A stretch of 64,000 bases of DNA from a virus (taxonomy: Duplodnaviria > Caudoviricetes). Shown piece by piece: positions 54,974-64,000 of this stretch; position 1 is the first letter of the stretch, and each line of letters opens with the position of its first letter. The translations under genes and the position numbers were made by a program. The notes below the pieces were generated by a model. That model saw nothing but the letters and a program-made list of their open reading frames with translations, was not told the DNA's origin and made no database searches. Location: IMG/VR virus record IMGVR_UViG_3300034073_003276. One strand, written 5' to 3'.

Positions 54974-56525
54974 TTTTAATGCTTAAATATAAGTTTTGAA
55001 TTGCTTCTATCCTTTCAGGAAGTGTTAATGTTTCAGAATTAAATCCAGAAGCAAATACAATAATGTTTGGATTTTGAGTCAATCTACCAATATTAAGTAG
55101 ATGAGTGAATGCTTTACCCATAGCATCCCCACCAATATTCATTGCTTCACTTAATGCGTGAAAAGCATAATTAGATGCTCTTTGAATATCTTTGGTATTA
55201 ATAAGAGCGATACTAGTCATAATGAACACATCAATTCTTGATGGGTCAAAATATGCTTTTGAAAGATTTAGATATTCTTGACCAAGTTCAATAGTCTTCT
55301 CAATATTCTTAACTTCAAAATAATGCTTGAAGATAAACCAAAGATAATAAACACTTGTAGGATTCTTTTCAAATTCTCTTTCGCAAATTGAAAGATAGAA
55401 AAGTTGCTTATCCACACTTGGTTGGATATTCTTAGTAATCTTAACTGTTATATTAACGGCAACTTCATTCAAATATTCTTCTGTTGGAACAAATGTTGGA
55501 GTTTCATGAACAGCATTCACCCAAATGTAGTTTTTGGTTCTATGAAAACGAATGTGAGATGCTTGACCTAATGTTGGTTCTTCGTCTCCAACCTTATCAT
55601 ATCGTTCATGATTAAATACTGTGAATTCTTCGGCAATTACACCAAGACCTTCTGGAAAGAACTCATCCAGATCTTCATTGAAATCAAGAGAAAATGCCCA
55701 ATCAGTCTTTACATAAGATAGTGCTTGATTTCTCGCTTTGGCAAAATCAAACTCTTCTCTGGTCTGTGGATGCTCATAGACTTCAATACCAGCATCTTTG
55801 AGTAGTTGAACTGTATTATCTGTGCTTCCCGTATCAACTACAACAGTATTTGTAAACTTCTTTGAAATTTCAATGAATTTCTCAACATTCTTTTCTTCGT
55901 TTTTAGCAATAGCATAAAGTGTGATGTCCATTTTTTCTCCTTGTTTTTGATGTAACCAAACTTTGTTTAATGTAAAATCTCCACGATCTAAAAGAACTAC
56001 AGATTTTCCTGTAAAATATTCTTTAACTGCTTGAATAACTCCACCCCAACTTATTACATAGTCATCACCAGTAATAAAACCTCCTGGTTTTACTTTTGGA
56101 TACCAAGCAATAATATCTGCTAAAACATTTTCATAATCGTGTGAGGCATCAATATGAACAAAATCAAGACTATTATCTTCAAATTGTTTTGCTGCTTCTA
56201 CACTAGTAGTTTTGAGTGGTATTACTTGTTTTTGAATACCACACATTTGAATATGATAATTAAAGATATCAAATAGAGTTAGGTTTTCATTCTTCAATTT
56301 TTCTATTGTTTCTTTATGCTGAGGTTCTTCGCTTCCTTCCCAAGTATCTACGGCATAAAACTTGATATTTTTGGAAGATTTTTTAATTTGTTCTCCCATA
56401 TAACAAGTAGACCTTCCCATCCAAGAACCAACTTCCACAAAAGTTGAGTTATCTGGACAGTATTTAATTACTAAATCATAAAGGTTAGTATAAGAAAAAT
56501 AACCTTCAACATCTTTCCATTTCAT
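54963..56525 (-). CDS. methyltransferase-GT2-TPR fusion
   Basis: VEVGSW.GRS, HIDASHDYE, GDDY; then YAIAKNEE, DTGSTD, FA.ARN.AL, D.D.E; start trimmed to 56525. Confidence 0.8.
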   Translation of the reverse strand: MKWKDVEGYFSYTNLYDLVIKYCPDNSTFVEVGSWMGRSTCYMGEQIKKSSKNIKFYAVDTWEGSEEPQHKETIEKLKNENLTLFDIFNYHIQMCGIQKQVIPLKTTSVEAAKQFEDNSLDFVHIDASHDYENVLADIIAWYPKVKPGGFITGDDYVISWGGVIQAVKEYFTGKSVVLLDRGDFTLNKVWLHQKQGEKMDITLYAIAKNEEKNVEKFIEISKKFTNTVVVDTGSTDNTVQLLKDAGIEVYEHPQTREEFDFAKARNQALSYVKTDWAFSLDFNEDLDEFFPEGLGVIAEEFTVFNHERYDKVGDEEPTLGQASHIRFHRTKNYIWVNAVHETPTFVPTEEYLNEVAVNITVKITKNIQPSVDKQLFYLSICEREFEKNPTSVYYLWFIFKHYFEVKNIEKTIELGQEYLNLSKAYFDPSRIDVFIMTSIALINTKDIQRASNYAFHALSEAMNIGGDAMGKAFTHLLNIGRLTQNPNIIVFASGFNSETLTLPERIEAIQNLYLSIKNED

Positions 56526-56529
56526 ATTA

Positions 56530-57228
56530 TTAATATAGATAATTTTTCCAATCAATACAAGGTGATAATAAATCTTCTTGACAGTGTGTAGAATAACCAG
56601 GAATAGAAGAGATAAGAACTCTTCCTCTTTGAGATAATTCTAAAAATTTTTGGTGGTCCGCTGATGGTTCCACTCCTGTAGAATATTTAGTGTGAGTATA
56701 AAAGTCTTCTACGAGAGTTGAATACTTAACGGCAAAAGTATTTGTCGTTGATGGTGTTGCCATCCAGTGACAAGAATCTGTGAACAAAACTTTGGTACGA
56801 AACTCTTCATAATATTCACCATACTTATCTCTATGGTCGTACAAGGTCACATAAGAAACTGGTAGAGTAAATCCCTCCATTAGAACTTTATCCCATCCTG
56901 GTTGATGAACATAATCATCTTCTAGAAAGTAAATGATATCATCTGGAGAATGGTTTTGAGATTGGACATACTTTAATGTCTCAATAAAACTCTTTGCTTC
57001 TCCACCGCAATTAATAGTATGAACATTATTCTCCTGTGATAAGAAAGTATCTTCTATCTTTCCATAATATTCATCATAGACGAGTGTATAATTTGTGGTT
57101 TCTGGATTAAGAGTATTTTTAAAATTTTGGAATACCTTTTCTTTATCCCACCAAGAAGGTCTCTGTTTTCCTGGAGACTCTTGAATTTTTGAGTAATAGC
57201 AGTGTCTTAAATATACATTAATTTTCAT
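56530..57228 (-). CDS. GT-A fold glycosyltransferase-like protein
   Basis: IYFLEDDYVH; STTNTF. Confidence 0.65.
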   Translation of the reverse strand: MKINVYLRHCYYSKIQESPGKQRPSWWDKEKVFQNFKNTLNPETTNYTLVYDEYYGKIEDTFLSQENNVHTINCGGEAKSFIETLKYVQSQNHSPDDIIYFLEDDYVHQPGWDKVLMEGFTLPVSYVTLYDHRDKYGEYYEEFRTKVLFTDSCHWMATPSTTNTFAVKYSTLVEDFYTHTKYSTGVEPSADHQKFLELSQRGRVLISSIPGYSTHCQEDLLSPCIDWKNYLY

Positions 57229-57824
57229 TCTAAATTACCTGATATGGAAATTCTGTAGTCATCACTTGTCGTGAATGGATAAACACAATGAGATAAATGG
57301 GCAGGAAATAATACTATTCTACCACACCAATCTTGATTTACATATAAAGTTTCTGTAGTTAATTGTCCAAGAATGTTTGGATAAATGAACTGGAATGTTG
57401 ATGCTGCTTTTGCTTTTGTGTCTTTAACGTGAGAAGCGTTCAATTCTTCTTCTACTTTATAAGGAATTTTTAACCAGCAGACAAAACTAAAAGTACTACT
57501 GTGATGATGGATAGGATTAAATTCATTCTTCTTTTGAAAATTAACCCATAAATGAGTGAGATTAAATTCTTCTTCTTTTTGATAAAATTTCCAATAATTT
57601 GTATAAGACTTACACATACCATTCAAGTATGGTTGAAGAATTGGAATGGATTTTTTCAGTTCATATTGTCTTTCAATATTTCCAGCAAGTCCATTATTAT
57701 ACTTTGAGTGTGATTGAAAGTCTGTTGAAATTCCATTCACCTCTTCCATCACTTGGTTATGTACGTCTTCTGGAAGTTGTCCAGTTATTACTCCAGGATT
57801 TGGTAGTGATATATGATTAAACAT
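57225..57824 (-). CDS. 2OG-Fe(II) oxygenase
   Basis: WVNFQ...FNP.H.H, SFV.WL, FPA.L.H.V.PF, RISISGN. Confidence 0.85.
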   Translation of the reverse strand: MFNHISLPNPGVITGQLPEDVHNQVMEEVNGISTDFQSHSKYNNGLAGNIERQYELKKSIPILQPYLNGMCKSYTNYWKFYQKEEEFNLTHLWVNFQKKNEFNPIHHHSSTFSFVCWLKIPYKVEEELNASHVKDTKAKAASTFQFIYPNILGQLTTETLYVNQDWCGRIVLFPAHLSHCVYPFTTSDDYRISISGNLE

Positions 57825-58623
57825 TTTTCAATTTCTCCAAATCATATTCATTCCACCAAGACTTCCAATCAATGAAGAAGTCCTTATCCCATTCTGTCTG
57901 CATATGAAGTGCTAATGATGGAATAGGTGTAAAGCAATAGTATCCTCTTTGATAATAAATCTTACAAATACTATCCATTTCCATCGTTTCACTCACTTCA
58001 CTTGTTGCCATTTTGTAAAACAAGTCCCAGTGTAGTTTAATAATACTACTATGAGTCATTAGAGTCACTGCTGGATGAATATTGGTTCTCCAGTATCGAT
58101 CTTTTCCAACAACAAGATTACAAAGAACAGCAGTATTTTCTGGTAAATGATATTCTGCCGGTTTATTAAATGGAAAGATGCTAGCAGGTTTTCCTAAGTT
58201 GCAACTAAACTGATTGATTGCATGTAGCATTAATTCGATTGTGTTTTGTTGATGTAAAAAATCATCTTGAACAAAGTAAACCCAATCCTTTCCATAGTCT
58301 CTTCCATGCTCATAACAACGAAGTATAGAAGGCATTATACCGTAGGTTTCAAGATGAGTCAAATTAACTCGAAACTTTGCAGTATCAATCAGTCTTTGAA
58401 GAATATCTAAAAACTCTTGGTCTGAATGGTCATCAAAGATTTGTAGTTCTATTTCATAATCTGGATATTGTTCTTGAGCGTAGTTAAGACTATCGATCAC
58501 AGAGAAAATACACCTTGATGATACTTCAATCTTTGGAGCATTACAATATCTTTTATGATTTTCATCGGTTTCTCTATTCCCCTTTGAATGAGACTGAATA
58601 ACCACTAACAAATGAGTTTTCAT
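57817..58623 (-). CDS. GT-A fold glycosyltransferase-like protein
   Basis: DDHS, VYFVQDDFLH, P.PSLALH. Confidence 0.6.
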   Translation of the reverse strand: MKTHLLVVIQSHSKGNRETDENHKRYCNAPKIEVSSRCIFSVIDSLNYAQEQYPDYEIELQIFDDHSDQEFLDILQRLIDTAKFRVNLTHLETYGIMPSILRCYEHGRDYGKDWVYFVQDDFLHQQNTIELMLHAINQFSCNLGKPASIFPFNKPAEYHLPENTAVLCNLVVGKDRYWRTNIHPAVTLMTHSSIIKLHWDLFYKMATSEVSETMEMDSICKIYYQRGYYCFTPIPSLALHMQTEWDKDFFIDWKSWWNEYDLEKLKNV

Positions 58624-59402
58624 AAATCAAATTTGGAATAAAGTTTTACATTTTCTTCTCCTATTATATCAATAGGATTTTGTGAGATTTTGGATAAATT
58701 TGGACGAATATCGTGAAGACCTTTCAACCCCCAAGCATCATCCTTTTGTTCTCCACAAGTATTATCAATGTTATCAAAGGTATTTGTGTAAGAAGGAATC
58801 TCCAGAAACTCATAGATTTTATTCAACTCTGCTTCTGGATTTTCTACAAGACTATTATATTCTACCAAATGAACCCAATCTGGGTACGTTGTAAGTCCAT
58901 AAACCATAGACTCATAAGATGGAGAAACATAATATCTCCAAATATATTCGGCACGATTATTATTTGTGATTGCAAGTTTATCTTTTCTTAAGTGATTATC
59001 GATAAAATTATCTTCGTGCTTTGATTTTTCTATGAGCGAAATATAAGATGTAAGAACTTCTGGAATAGAACGATAAGTTGCTACAATCTTTGGTTTATTG
59101 GAAAGAAACCTTTGAACTATATCAAGATTCTTTCCCCAAAATCTATGCTTATCTAATATTGTAGACTTTGGTATATGATTATAAAAGTTAGCAAGCACTG
59201 CCTTATAAACATTATAAGATATTTCTTTACGGTCAAAAGTAAATTGCTCATTTACTTTATTGAATATTTTTTCTATATCAGTAACAAAATCACTTAATGG
59301 AGATGTTGGAGAAACATAAATGTCTGGATGTTGATTAAGAAGTGACCCTAATAGTGTGGAACCACTTCTTGGAAGTCCTCCAAGAAAATACAAAGTCTTC
59401 AT
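58620..59402 (-). CDS. sulfotransferase
   Basis: FLGGLPRSGSTLL..LLNQHP PAPS loop; VEY..LV..P. Confidence 0.85.
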   Translation of the reverse strand: MKTLYFLGGLPRSGSTLLGSLLNQHPDIYVSPTSPLSDFVTDIEKIFNKVNEQFTFDRKEISYNVYKAVLANFYNHIPKSTILDKHRFWGKNLDIVQRFLSNKPKIVATYRSIPEVLTSYISLIEKSKHEDNFIDNHLRKDKLAITNNNRAEYIWRYYVSPSYESMVYGLTTYPDWVHLVEYNSLVENPEAELNKIYEFLEIPSYTNTFDNIDNTCGEQKDDAWGLKGLHDIRPNLSKISQNPIDIIGEENVKLYSKFDL

Positions 59403-59427
59403 AGTATTTTTCAGTTGTTATGTGTAT

Positions 59428-60624
59428 TTAGATTACTGAATCGATGTAGGTTAGTGCTGCAATATGAAGATCTCCACCACTCACTTGTTTCCAATTGGAT
59501 CCTCCAGCGAATGTAGTGATTGGAGTACTTATATATGCAAAAGTTGCTACTCCATTTCCAAGTTTTCCCTGCGTTCCACTACCCCAAGTCCATAAGGTTC
59601 CATCGGTTTTGATTGCTGCTGTATTATCACTTGCACCACTCACTTGTTTCCAATTGGTTCCTCCAGAGAATGTAGTGACTGGAGTACTTATGTCTCCTGT
59701 TGTTGTTGCATTTCCAAGTTTTCCACCACTTCCAGCACCCCAAGTCCATAAGGTTCCATCAGTCTTGATTGCTGTTGTATGAAAACGTCCACATGCCGAT
59801 TGTTTCCAGTTGGTTCCTCCAGAGAATGTAGTGACTGGAGTACTTATGGATCCTACTGTTGCTCCATTTCCAAGTCTTCCATTACTTCCAGCACCCCAAG
59901 TCCATAAGGTTCCATCAGTTTTGACTGCTGCTACATGATAACCTCCACAACTCACTTGTTTCCAGTTGGTTCCTCCAGCGAATGTAGTGACAGGAGTAGA
60001 AGGAAAAGCAGATATCTGTCCGTTTCCAAGTTGTCCAAGGTTTCCAATACCCCAAGTCCATAAGGTTCCATCGGTCTTGATTGCTGCTGTGAAATACTGC
60101 CCATTACTCACTTGTTTCCAATTCGATCCTCCAGCGAATGTGGTGACTGGAGTACTTATGTTTCCTACTGTTATTCCATTTCCAAGTATTCCAAGTAGAC
60201 CATAACCCCAAGTCCATAAGGTTCCATCAGTTTTGATTGCTGCTGTATGATACCACCCACTGTGTACTTGTTTCCAATTGGTTCCTCCAGAGAATGTAGT
60301 GACTGGAGTACTTATGTCTCCTGTTGTTACTGCGTTTCCAAGTTTTCCATTACCTCCAGCACCCCAAATCCATAAGGTTCCATCGGTCTTGATTGCTGCT
60401 GTATTAACTCGACCAGCATGTACTTGTTTCCAATTGGTTCCTCCAGAGAATGTAGTGACTGGAGTACTTATGGATGCTGATGATGTTATTGCATTTCCAA
60501 GTCTTCCAGCATCTTCAAAACCCCAATCCCATAAATTACCTTCACGAAATAAATCAGCAGGCACAAAGATATCATCAAAACTATAATCAAGTCCATTTTC
60601 TCTAAAGTTATAAAAGGTAGGCAT
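59428..60624 (-). CDS. RCC1-repeat beta-propeller protein
   Basis: about 7 repeats of WKQV..G..HTAAIKTDGTLWTWG.G..G.LGN. Confidence 0.9.
   Translation of the reverse strand: MPTFYNFRENGLDYSFDDIFVPADLFREGNLWDWGFEDAGRLGNAITSSASISTPVTTFSGGTNWKQVHAGRVNTAAIKTDGTLWIWGAGGNGKLGNAVTTGDISTPVTTFSGGTNWKQVHSGWYHTAAIKTDGTLWTWGYGLLGILGNGITVGNISTPVTTFAGGSNWKQVSNGQYFTAAIKTDGTLWTWGIGNLGQLGNGQISAFPSTPVTTFAGGTNWKQVSCGGYHVAAVKTDGTLWTWGAGSNGRLGNGATVGSISTPVTTFSGGTNWKQSACGRFHTTAIKTDGTLWTWGAGSGGKLGNATTTGDISTPVTTFSGGTNWKQVSGASDNTAAIKTDGTLWTWGSGTQGKLGNGVATFAYISTPITTFAGGSNWKQVSGGDLHIAALTYIDSVI
59460..60545. repeat. tandem ~165 bp coding repeats (RCC1)
   Basis: recurring ccataaggttccatc and tttccaattggttcctccagagaatgtagtgactggagtact blocks. 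Confidence 0.85.
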
Positions 60625-60648
60625 TGGAAATCTCTAAGACTTAGTAAA

Positions 60649-61002
60649 TTACTCTGATATCAAAACTAGAGTATTCATTTTCTCCCCCCATTCTATAAAC
60701 CACTTTCTCATATCATCAGTTATTCTTTTATTATTTATCCCAAACACTTTAAGGTATTGACCATTTTCATTTCGTTCCACAGATACTAATACATTACACT
60801 TATCAGGTCTCATTTCTTCTGGTAGCAAATGTTGACTCCAGGCACACTGATAATTCCTACAAGATTCTGGTCGTCCTTTATGAACTCCACATCCATTACA
60901 TTCCAAGAACTTACAAGACTGTCCCTGACCAAACTTCCAAGCAAAAGCATCACCAATCAACCAAGTACAACAAGCAGTACATTCTCCACATTCACGAAAC
61001 AT
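60649..61002 (-). CDS. CxxCxxCC (YkgJ-like) cysteine-cluster protein
   Basis: CGECTACC...C.FL....C.VH..RP..C..YQC.W. Confidence 0.75.
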   Translation of the reverse strand: MFRECGECTACCTWLIGDAFAWKFGQGQSCKFLECNGCGVHKGRPESCRNYQCAWSQHLLPEEMRPDKCNVLVSVERNENGQYLKVFGINNKRITDDMRKWFIEWGEKMNTLVLISE

Positions 61003-61645
61003 AATCTTTCTCCTGATAAAAATATGTATAAGGTTCGTGGTCTTCTGGTTGATACAAAGATTTCATCTTACCATTTCCAGTACCAATCCAGAATTCTCTG
61101 TCCAATCTAAAGTTACTCTTCAAGAACTCATCATCCAAAGTATTTACATAAGAAGCATTTGCCCACCAAAAGTTTCCTACAAAATGTTGAGTTCCTACCT
61201 TTTCCCAAGTTTGTGTACCATCACTCCAAGTTGTTGGTCCTAAAATCTTAAGATTACTTCCAACAACATCATAATCATTCAAATATTCTACACATTCTTT
61301 CCATCTATCAATCACAAAGTATTCCATCATTAGTCTCCAACTCTCTCCATTTAGGCAGTGTTGAGATATACCTTTTGTGTGAAAGTAAATAACTTTGTAG
61401 TCTGGATTTTCTTTACAGAAATCTCTTAAAGAGATTAGAGTTTCTGTTTCTTCTTTATGGTTTTGATTATAAACGATCTTTGTATTCTCTGGAACATTAA
61501 AAAGTTCTTGGTCTCCATTTACACCAAAGTGAATATAATCTGCTTCTTTGATTAATTCAGAAGCATATAATCTATGAACTTGTTGTAGATATACAAAAGC
61601 ACCCAACCCCATTTGAGTTATGTGATAAAAAATTGCTAGTTTCAT
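60992..61645 (-). CDS. putative glycosyltransferase-like protein, paralogue 1
   Basis: YFHTKG, WR..MEYF, GNFWWAN..Y. Confidence 0.6.
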   Translation of the reverse strand: MKLAIFYHITQMGLGAFVYLQQVHRLYASELIKEADYIHFGVNGDQELFNVPENTKIVYNQNHKEETETLISLRDFCKENPDYKVIYFHTKGISQHCLNGESWRLMMEYFVIDRWKECVEYLNDYDVVGSNLKILGPTTWSDGTQTWEKVGTQHFVGNFWWANASYVNTLDDEFLKSNFRLDREFWIGTGNGKMKSLYQPEDHEPYTYFYQEKDYVS

Positions 61646-62310
61646 TTTATATAAAGTTTTTCGTCGTATATGTCTATATAAAAATCTCCAATTTCTCCAT
61701 TCATCTTAGAATAATTTAAACATTTTGGATTAGCATTTGTTGTTTGTCCTATCCACAATTCTTTTGTTAATCTTGGAAGATTTGGATTTAAATATTCATC
61801 ATTTAAAGTATTCACATAAGAAGCATTTGCCCACCAAAAGTTTCCAGCAAAATAATGAGAGTCAAATCTTTGCTTGAGAATATACTCATCTAAAAATACT
61901 TTTTTAGCACCATAACAATCAGTACCACAAGAATCATATTCACTTAGATATTCTACACACTCTTTCCACTTATCAATCGTATAGTATTCCATATACAATC
62001 TCCAAGCACTTGTTTGTAAATCATTTTTACTAGCACCTTTTGTGTGAAAATAAAAAACTTTGTAGTCTGGATTTTCTTTACAAAAATCTCTTAAAGATAT
62101 TAAGGTGTCCGATTCATCTCCTAAATTTTTATTTCTTTTTACGATTGCCTTGTCTGGAACATTAAAAAGTTCTTGGTCTCCATTCACTCCAAAGTGAATA
62201 TGAGATGCTTCTTTGATTAATCCTGAAGCATAAAGTCTATGAATTTGCTGTTGGTATATGAAAGCACCTAGACCCATTTGTGCTATATGATAAAAAATTG
62301 CTAGTTTCAT
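61642..62310 (-). CDS. putative glycosyltransferase-like protein, paralogue 2
   Basis: tandem paralogue of 60992..61645. Confidence 0.6.
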   Translation of the reverse strand: MKLAIFYHIAQMGLGAFIYQQQIHRLYASGLIKEASHIHFGVNGDQELFNVPDKAIVKRNKNLGDESDTLISLRDFCKENPDYKVFYFHTKGASKNDLQTSAWRLYMEYYTIDKWKECVEYLSEYDSCGTDCYGAKKVFLDEYILKQRFDSHYFAGNFWWANASYVNTLNDEYLNPNLPRLTKELWIGQTTNANPKCLNYSKMNGEIGDFYIDIYDEKLYIK

Positions 62311-63086
62311 ATATTATAACTATCTCCTTCCATTCCTTTGATTGTTGTAAGTCCTAGATTTGGAATACTAATCACATTCCTTTTATTTAAGAACCGATAA
62401 AGAGAATGTTCAACATCAGTACCTGCCGTATATTGAATCATTTTTTCCATATAAACAAATGCTTTCTCAAGTGTCTCAACAATCTCATTAAAAAGCATAC
62501 GGTCAAAAGACCATAATCCAGTTACCATCATACCCTTTGCACCATAAAGATAAGCATAGACATTCTCAAGTTCTTTACCATCAAAATTCTCTGCTTCTTG
62601 TGGAAGATAGTCATACTTTTTGATTATATATCGTTCCTCAAGAAACTTTGATTCATAATCTTTAATATCAAAATACTCATTCAACAAATATCTTCCAGTC
62701 AATTTGAATACTCTTTGACTATCACTGAATAGATTATGTTTTTTAATTACATAAAGAGCATTCAATAATCCTCTGGTTTCTAATAATGACTTAACATAAG
62801 TAATCAGTTCTGGTCTTGATTCTAGATTTTCGTAGATTTGTTTGATTACTGGTTCATTATAAAATTCCAAAAACAAATCTGCTTTTTCTTTGATTACATC
62901 TTTTTGCCTTTCGTCAATTGGTTTAGAAGAACACTCAAATAAAACGACATAAGAGTTTGGTACTTTTTCTCTTATACATTCAATCGTTTTTAATGTTTGC
63001 TCAAATCTTTGCTCCTCATCATAAGCACTAAACTTTTCTTCTTGAAAGTGTTTAAGTGCTGAACCAACCAAAAATAAAAATTTCAT
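62307..63086 (-). CDS. glycan-related hypothetical protein
   Basis: RFEQT..TI..IR, FKLTGRY.L, DVEH motifs seen in GT-like ORFs. Confidence 0.55.
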   Translation of the reverse strand: MKFLFLVGSALKHFQEEKFSAYDEEQRFEQTLKTIECIREKVPNSYVVLFECSSKPIDERQKDVIKEKADLFLEFYNEPVIKQIYENLESRPELITYVKSLLETRGLLNALYVIKKHNLFSDSQRVFKLTGRYLLNEYFDIKDYESKFLEERYIIKKYDYLPQEAENFDGKELENVYAYLYGAKGMMVTGLWSFDRMLFNEIVETLEKAFVYMEKMIQYTAGTDVEHSLYRFLNKRNVISIPNLGLTTIKGMEGDSYNI

Positions 63087-63541
63087 AAGTAATCTGTATT
63101 AAAACTAATAATAATTCTTTCTTCTGTTTCTTCTTCAGTATAGTGAACCAAATCACTTGAGAAAATGATTAATAATCCTGGATAAGGACTGATTGAAGTA
63201 TCTGGAAATATTAAAGGAGTCTTTCCAGAAATATAAAATGCTCCACTTACAATACTTTCTTCGTGCTTATGTGCCTTAAGTTTATTTCCTGGTTTTGAAA
63301 TATTAAACCAACTATTGATAAATTTGAGTGGTGAAATCTCATACTTATTACAATATATTCTAACATATTGTTTAAGAATATTTCTCAATCCAGTCAGTTC
63401 TGGATACAATAGAGTAGGCATTCCGTAATTATAAGTGGAAACACCATTGGTTACAAGACCGTGAGAACTAGTTTCTATTTGAAAAAGTTTGCTCTTAATA
63501 GTATTTAGATTGAGAAAAGAAAGGTTATACTCCTCTATCAT
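63083..63541 (-). CDS. 2OG-Fe(II) oxygenase
   Basis: SWFN......H.H, SGAFY, F.S.L.H, RI.ISFN. Confidence 0.8.
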   Translation of the reverse strand: MIEEYNLSFLNLNTIKSKLFQIETSSHGLVTNGVSTYNYGMPTLLYPELTGLRNILKQYVRIYCNKYEISPLKFINSWFNISKPGNKLKAHKHEESIVSGAFYISGKTPLIFPDTSISPYPGLLIIFSSDLVHYTEEETEERIIISFNTDYL

Positions 63542-63998
63542 TTAAAAATTCCTTCAGTTGCTTCAAAGGTTCGTCCCAGTTTCTTGGTTTCTTTTGCTTG
63601 AACAAATGGACATTATCCCCATACCACCAAGACTTTCCTGTTGAACTTGTCCAAACATAATACTCCATAATCGGTACAAAGACACATACTTCTTTACCTT
63701 GTGATGCTGCTATATGAGCAATAGAGGTACAAGAAGTAATCACCAAGTCCATTTGAGATACAAGTGAGAATGTATCTGTAAAATCCCTATTTGGAATATC
63801 AAAAGTATTTACCTCATAATACTCTGGTGGCAATTGATCAGGTAGTTGAAGTGAATATAATGACGAATTAGTTTTTGATATAACTTTGAATAAATCATCA
63901 GCATCAATAGAACGAAAATGTGCTTGTTCAAATCCAGAACCAGAGTTCCAGAATGTACCAATCTTATATTTTTGGTCTTCTTGTAGATATGAATATTG
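63525..63998 (-). CDS. GT9-like glycosyltransferase (5' end lies outside the window)
   Basis: frame stays open to the window edge (KIGTFW.SG...RSI, YSLQ, DF.DT...SQMDLVITSCTSIAH.A..WY). Confidence 0.7.
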   Translation of the reverse strand, partial: QYSYLQEDQKYKIGTFWNSGSGFEQAHFRSIDADDLFKVISKTNSSLYSLQLPDQLPPEYYEVNTFDIPNRDFTDTFSLVSQMDLVITSCTSIAHIAASQGKEVCVFVPIMEYYVWTSSTGKSWWYGDNVHLFKQKKPRNWDEPLKQLKEFLNDRGV

Positions 63999-64000
63999 CT

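Noticed and set aside
59460-60545. Regularly spaced repeats that could suggest a CRISPR array
   Set aside because: The units are ~165 bp in-frame coding repeats of an RCC1 protein, not 25-45 bp repeats with unique spacers, and no cas genes are present.
59428-60624. Possible diversity-generating retroelement target
   Set aside because: No reverse transcriptase or separate template repeat is visible in the window, and the variation is not evidently restricted to adenines.
1-64000. Host chromosome or integrated prophage context
   Set aside because: No integrase, att site, rRNA or bacterial housekeeping operon is present; gene content and order are those of a lytic T4-like cyanophage throughout.

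Overview
This is 64 kb of a T4-like cyanobacterial myovirus (Kyanoviridae-like) genome, with almost all genes on the minus strand. Layout: (1) 1-15.8 kb is a hyperplastic early region of small ORFs, punctuated by seven copies of a sigma70-type promoter/stem-loop cassette. It includes a GIY-YIG endonuclease, a metallophosphoesterase, an HNH protein and an SF2 helicase. (2) 15.9-25.4 kb holds tail-fibre and adhesin genes. (3) 25.7-26.5 kb has three tRNAs and an HNH gene. (4) 26.9-40.9 kb is the baseplate/tail module (gp5, hub, lysozyme-M23, gp51, gp26, gp54-like, gp4, gp2-like, gp48, gp53). (5) 40.8-47.9 kb encodes a Mom-like protein, gp32, gp59, gp33, exonuclease, PhoH and ThyX, with free-standing homing endonucleases. 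(6) 48.0-48.5 kb is a compact candidate nitrogen-sensing unit: NtcA box, sigma70 promoter, tandem glutamine-riboswitch-like aptamers, three overlapping micro-ORFs and a terminator. (7) 50.2-64 kb is a ~14 kb island of glycosyltransferases, methyltransferases, 2OG oxygenases, a sulfotransferase and an RCC1-repeat protein. The two strongest leads are the NtcA/glutamine-riboswitch micro-operon and a conserved two-promoter, terminator-containing antisense architecture upstream of three different GIY-YIG endonucleases. All product calls are from motif recognition only; no database searches were run.
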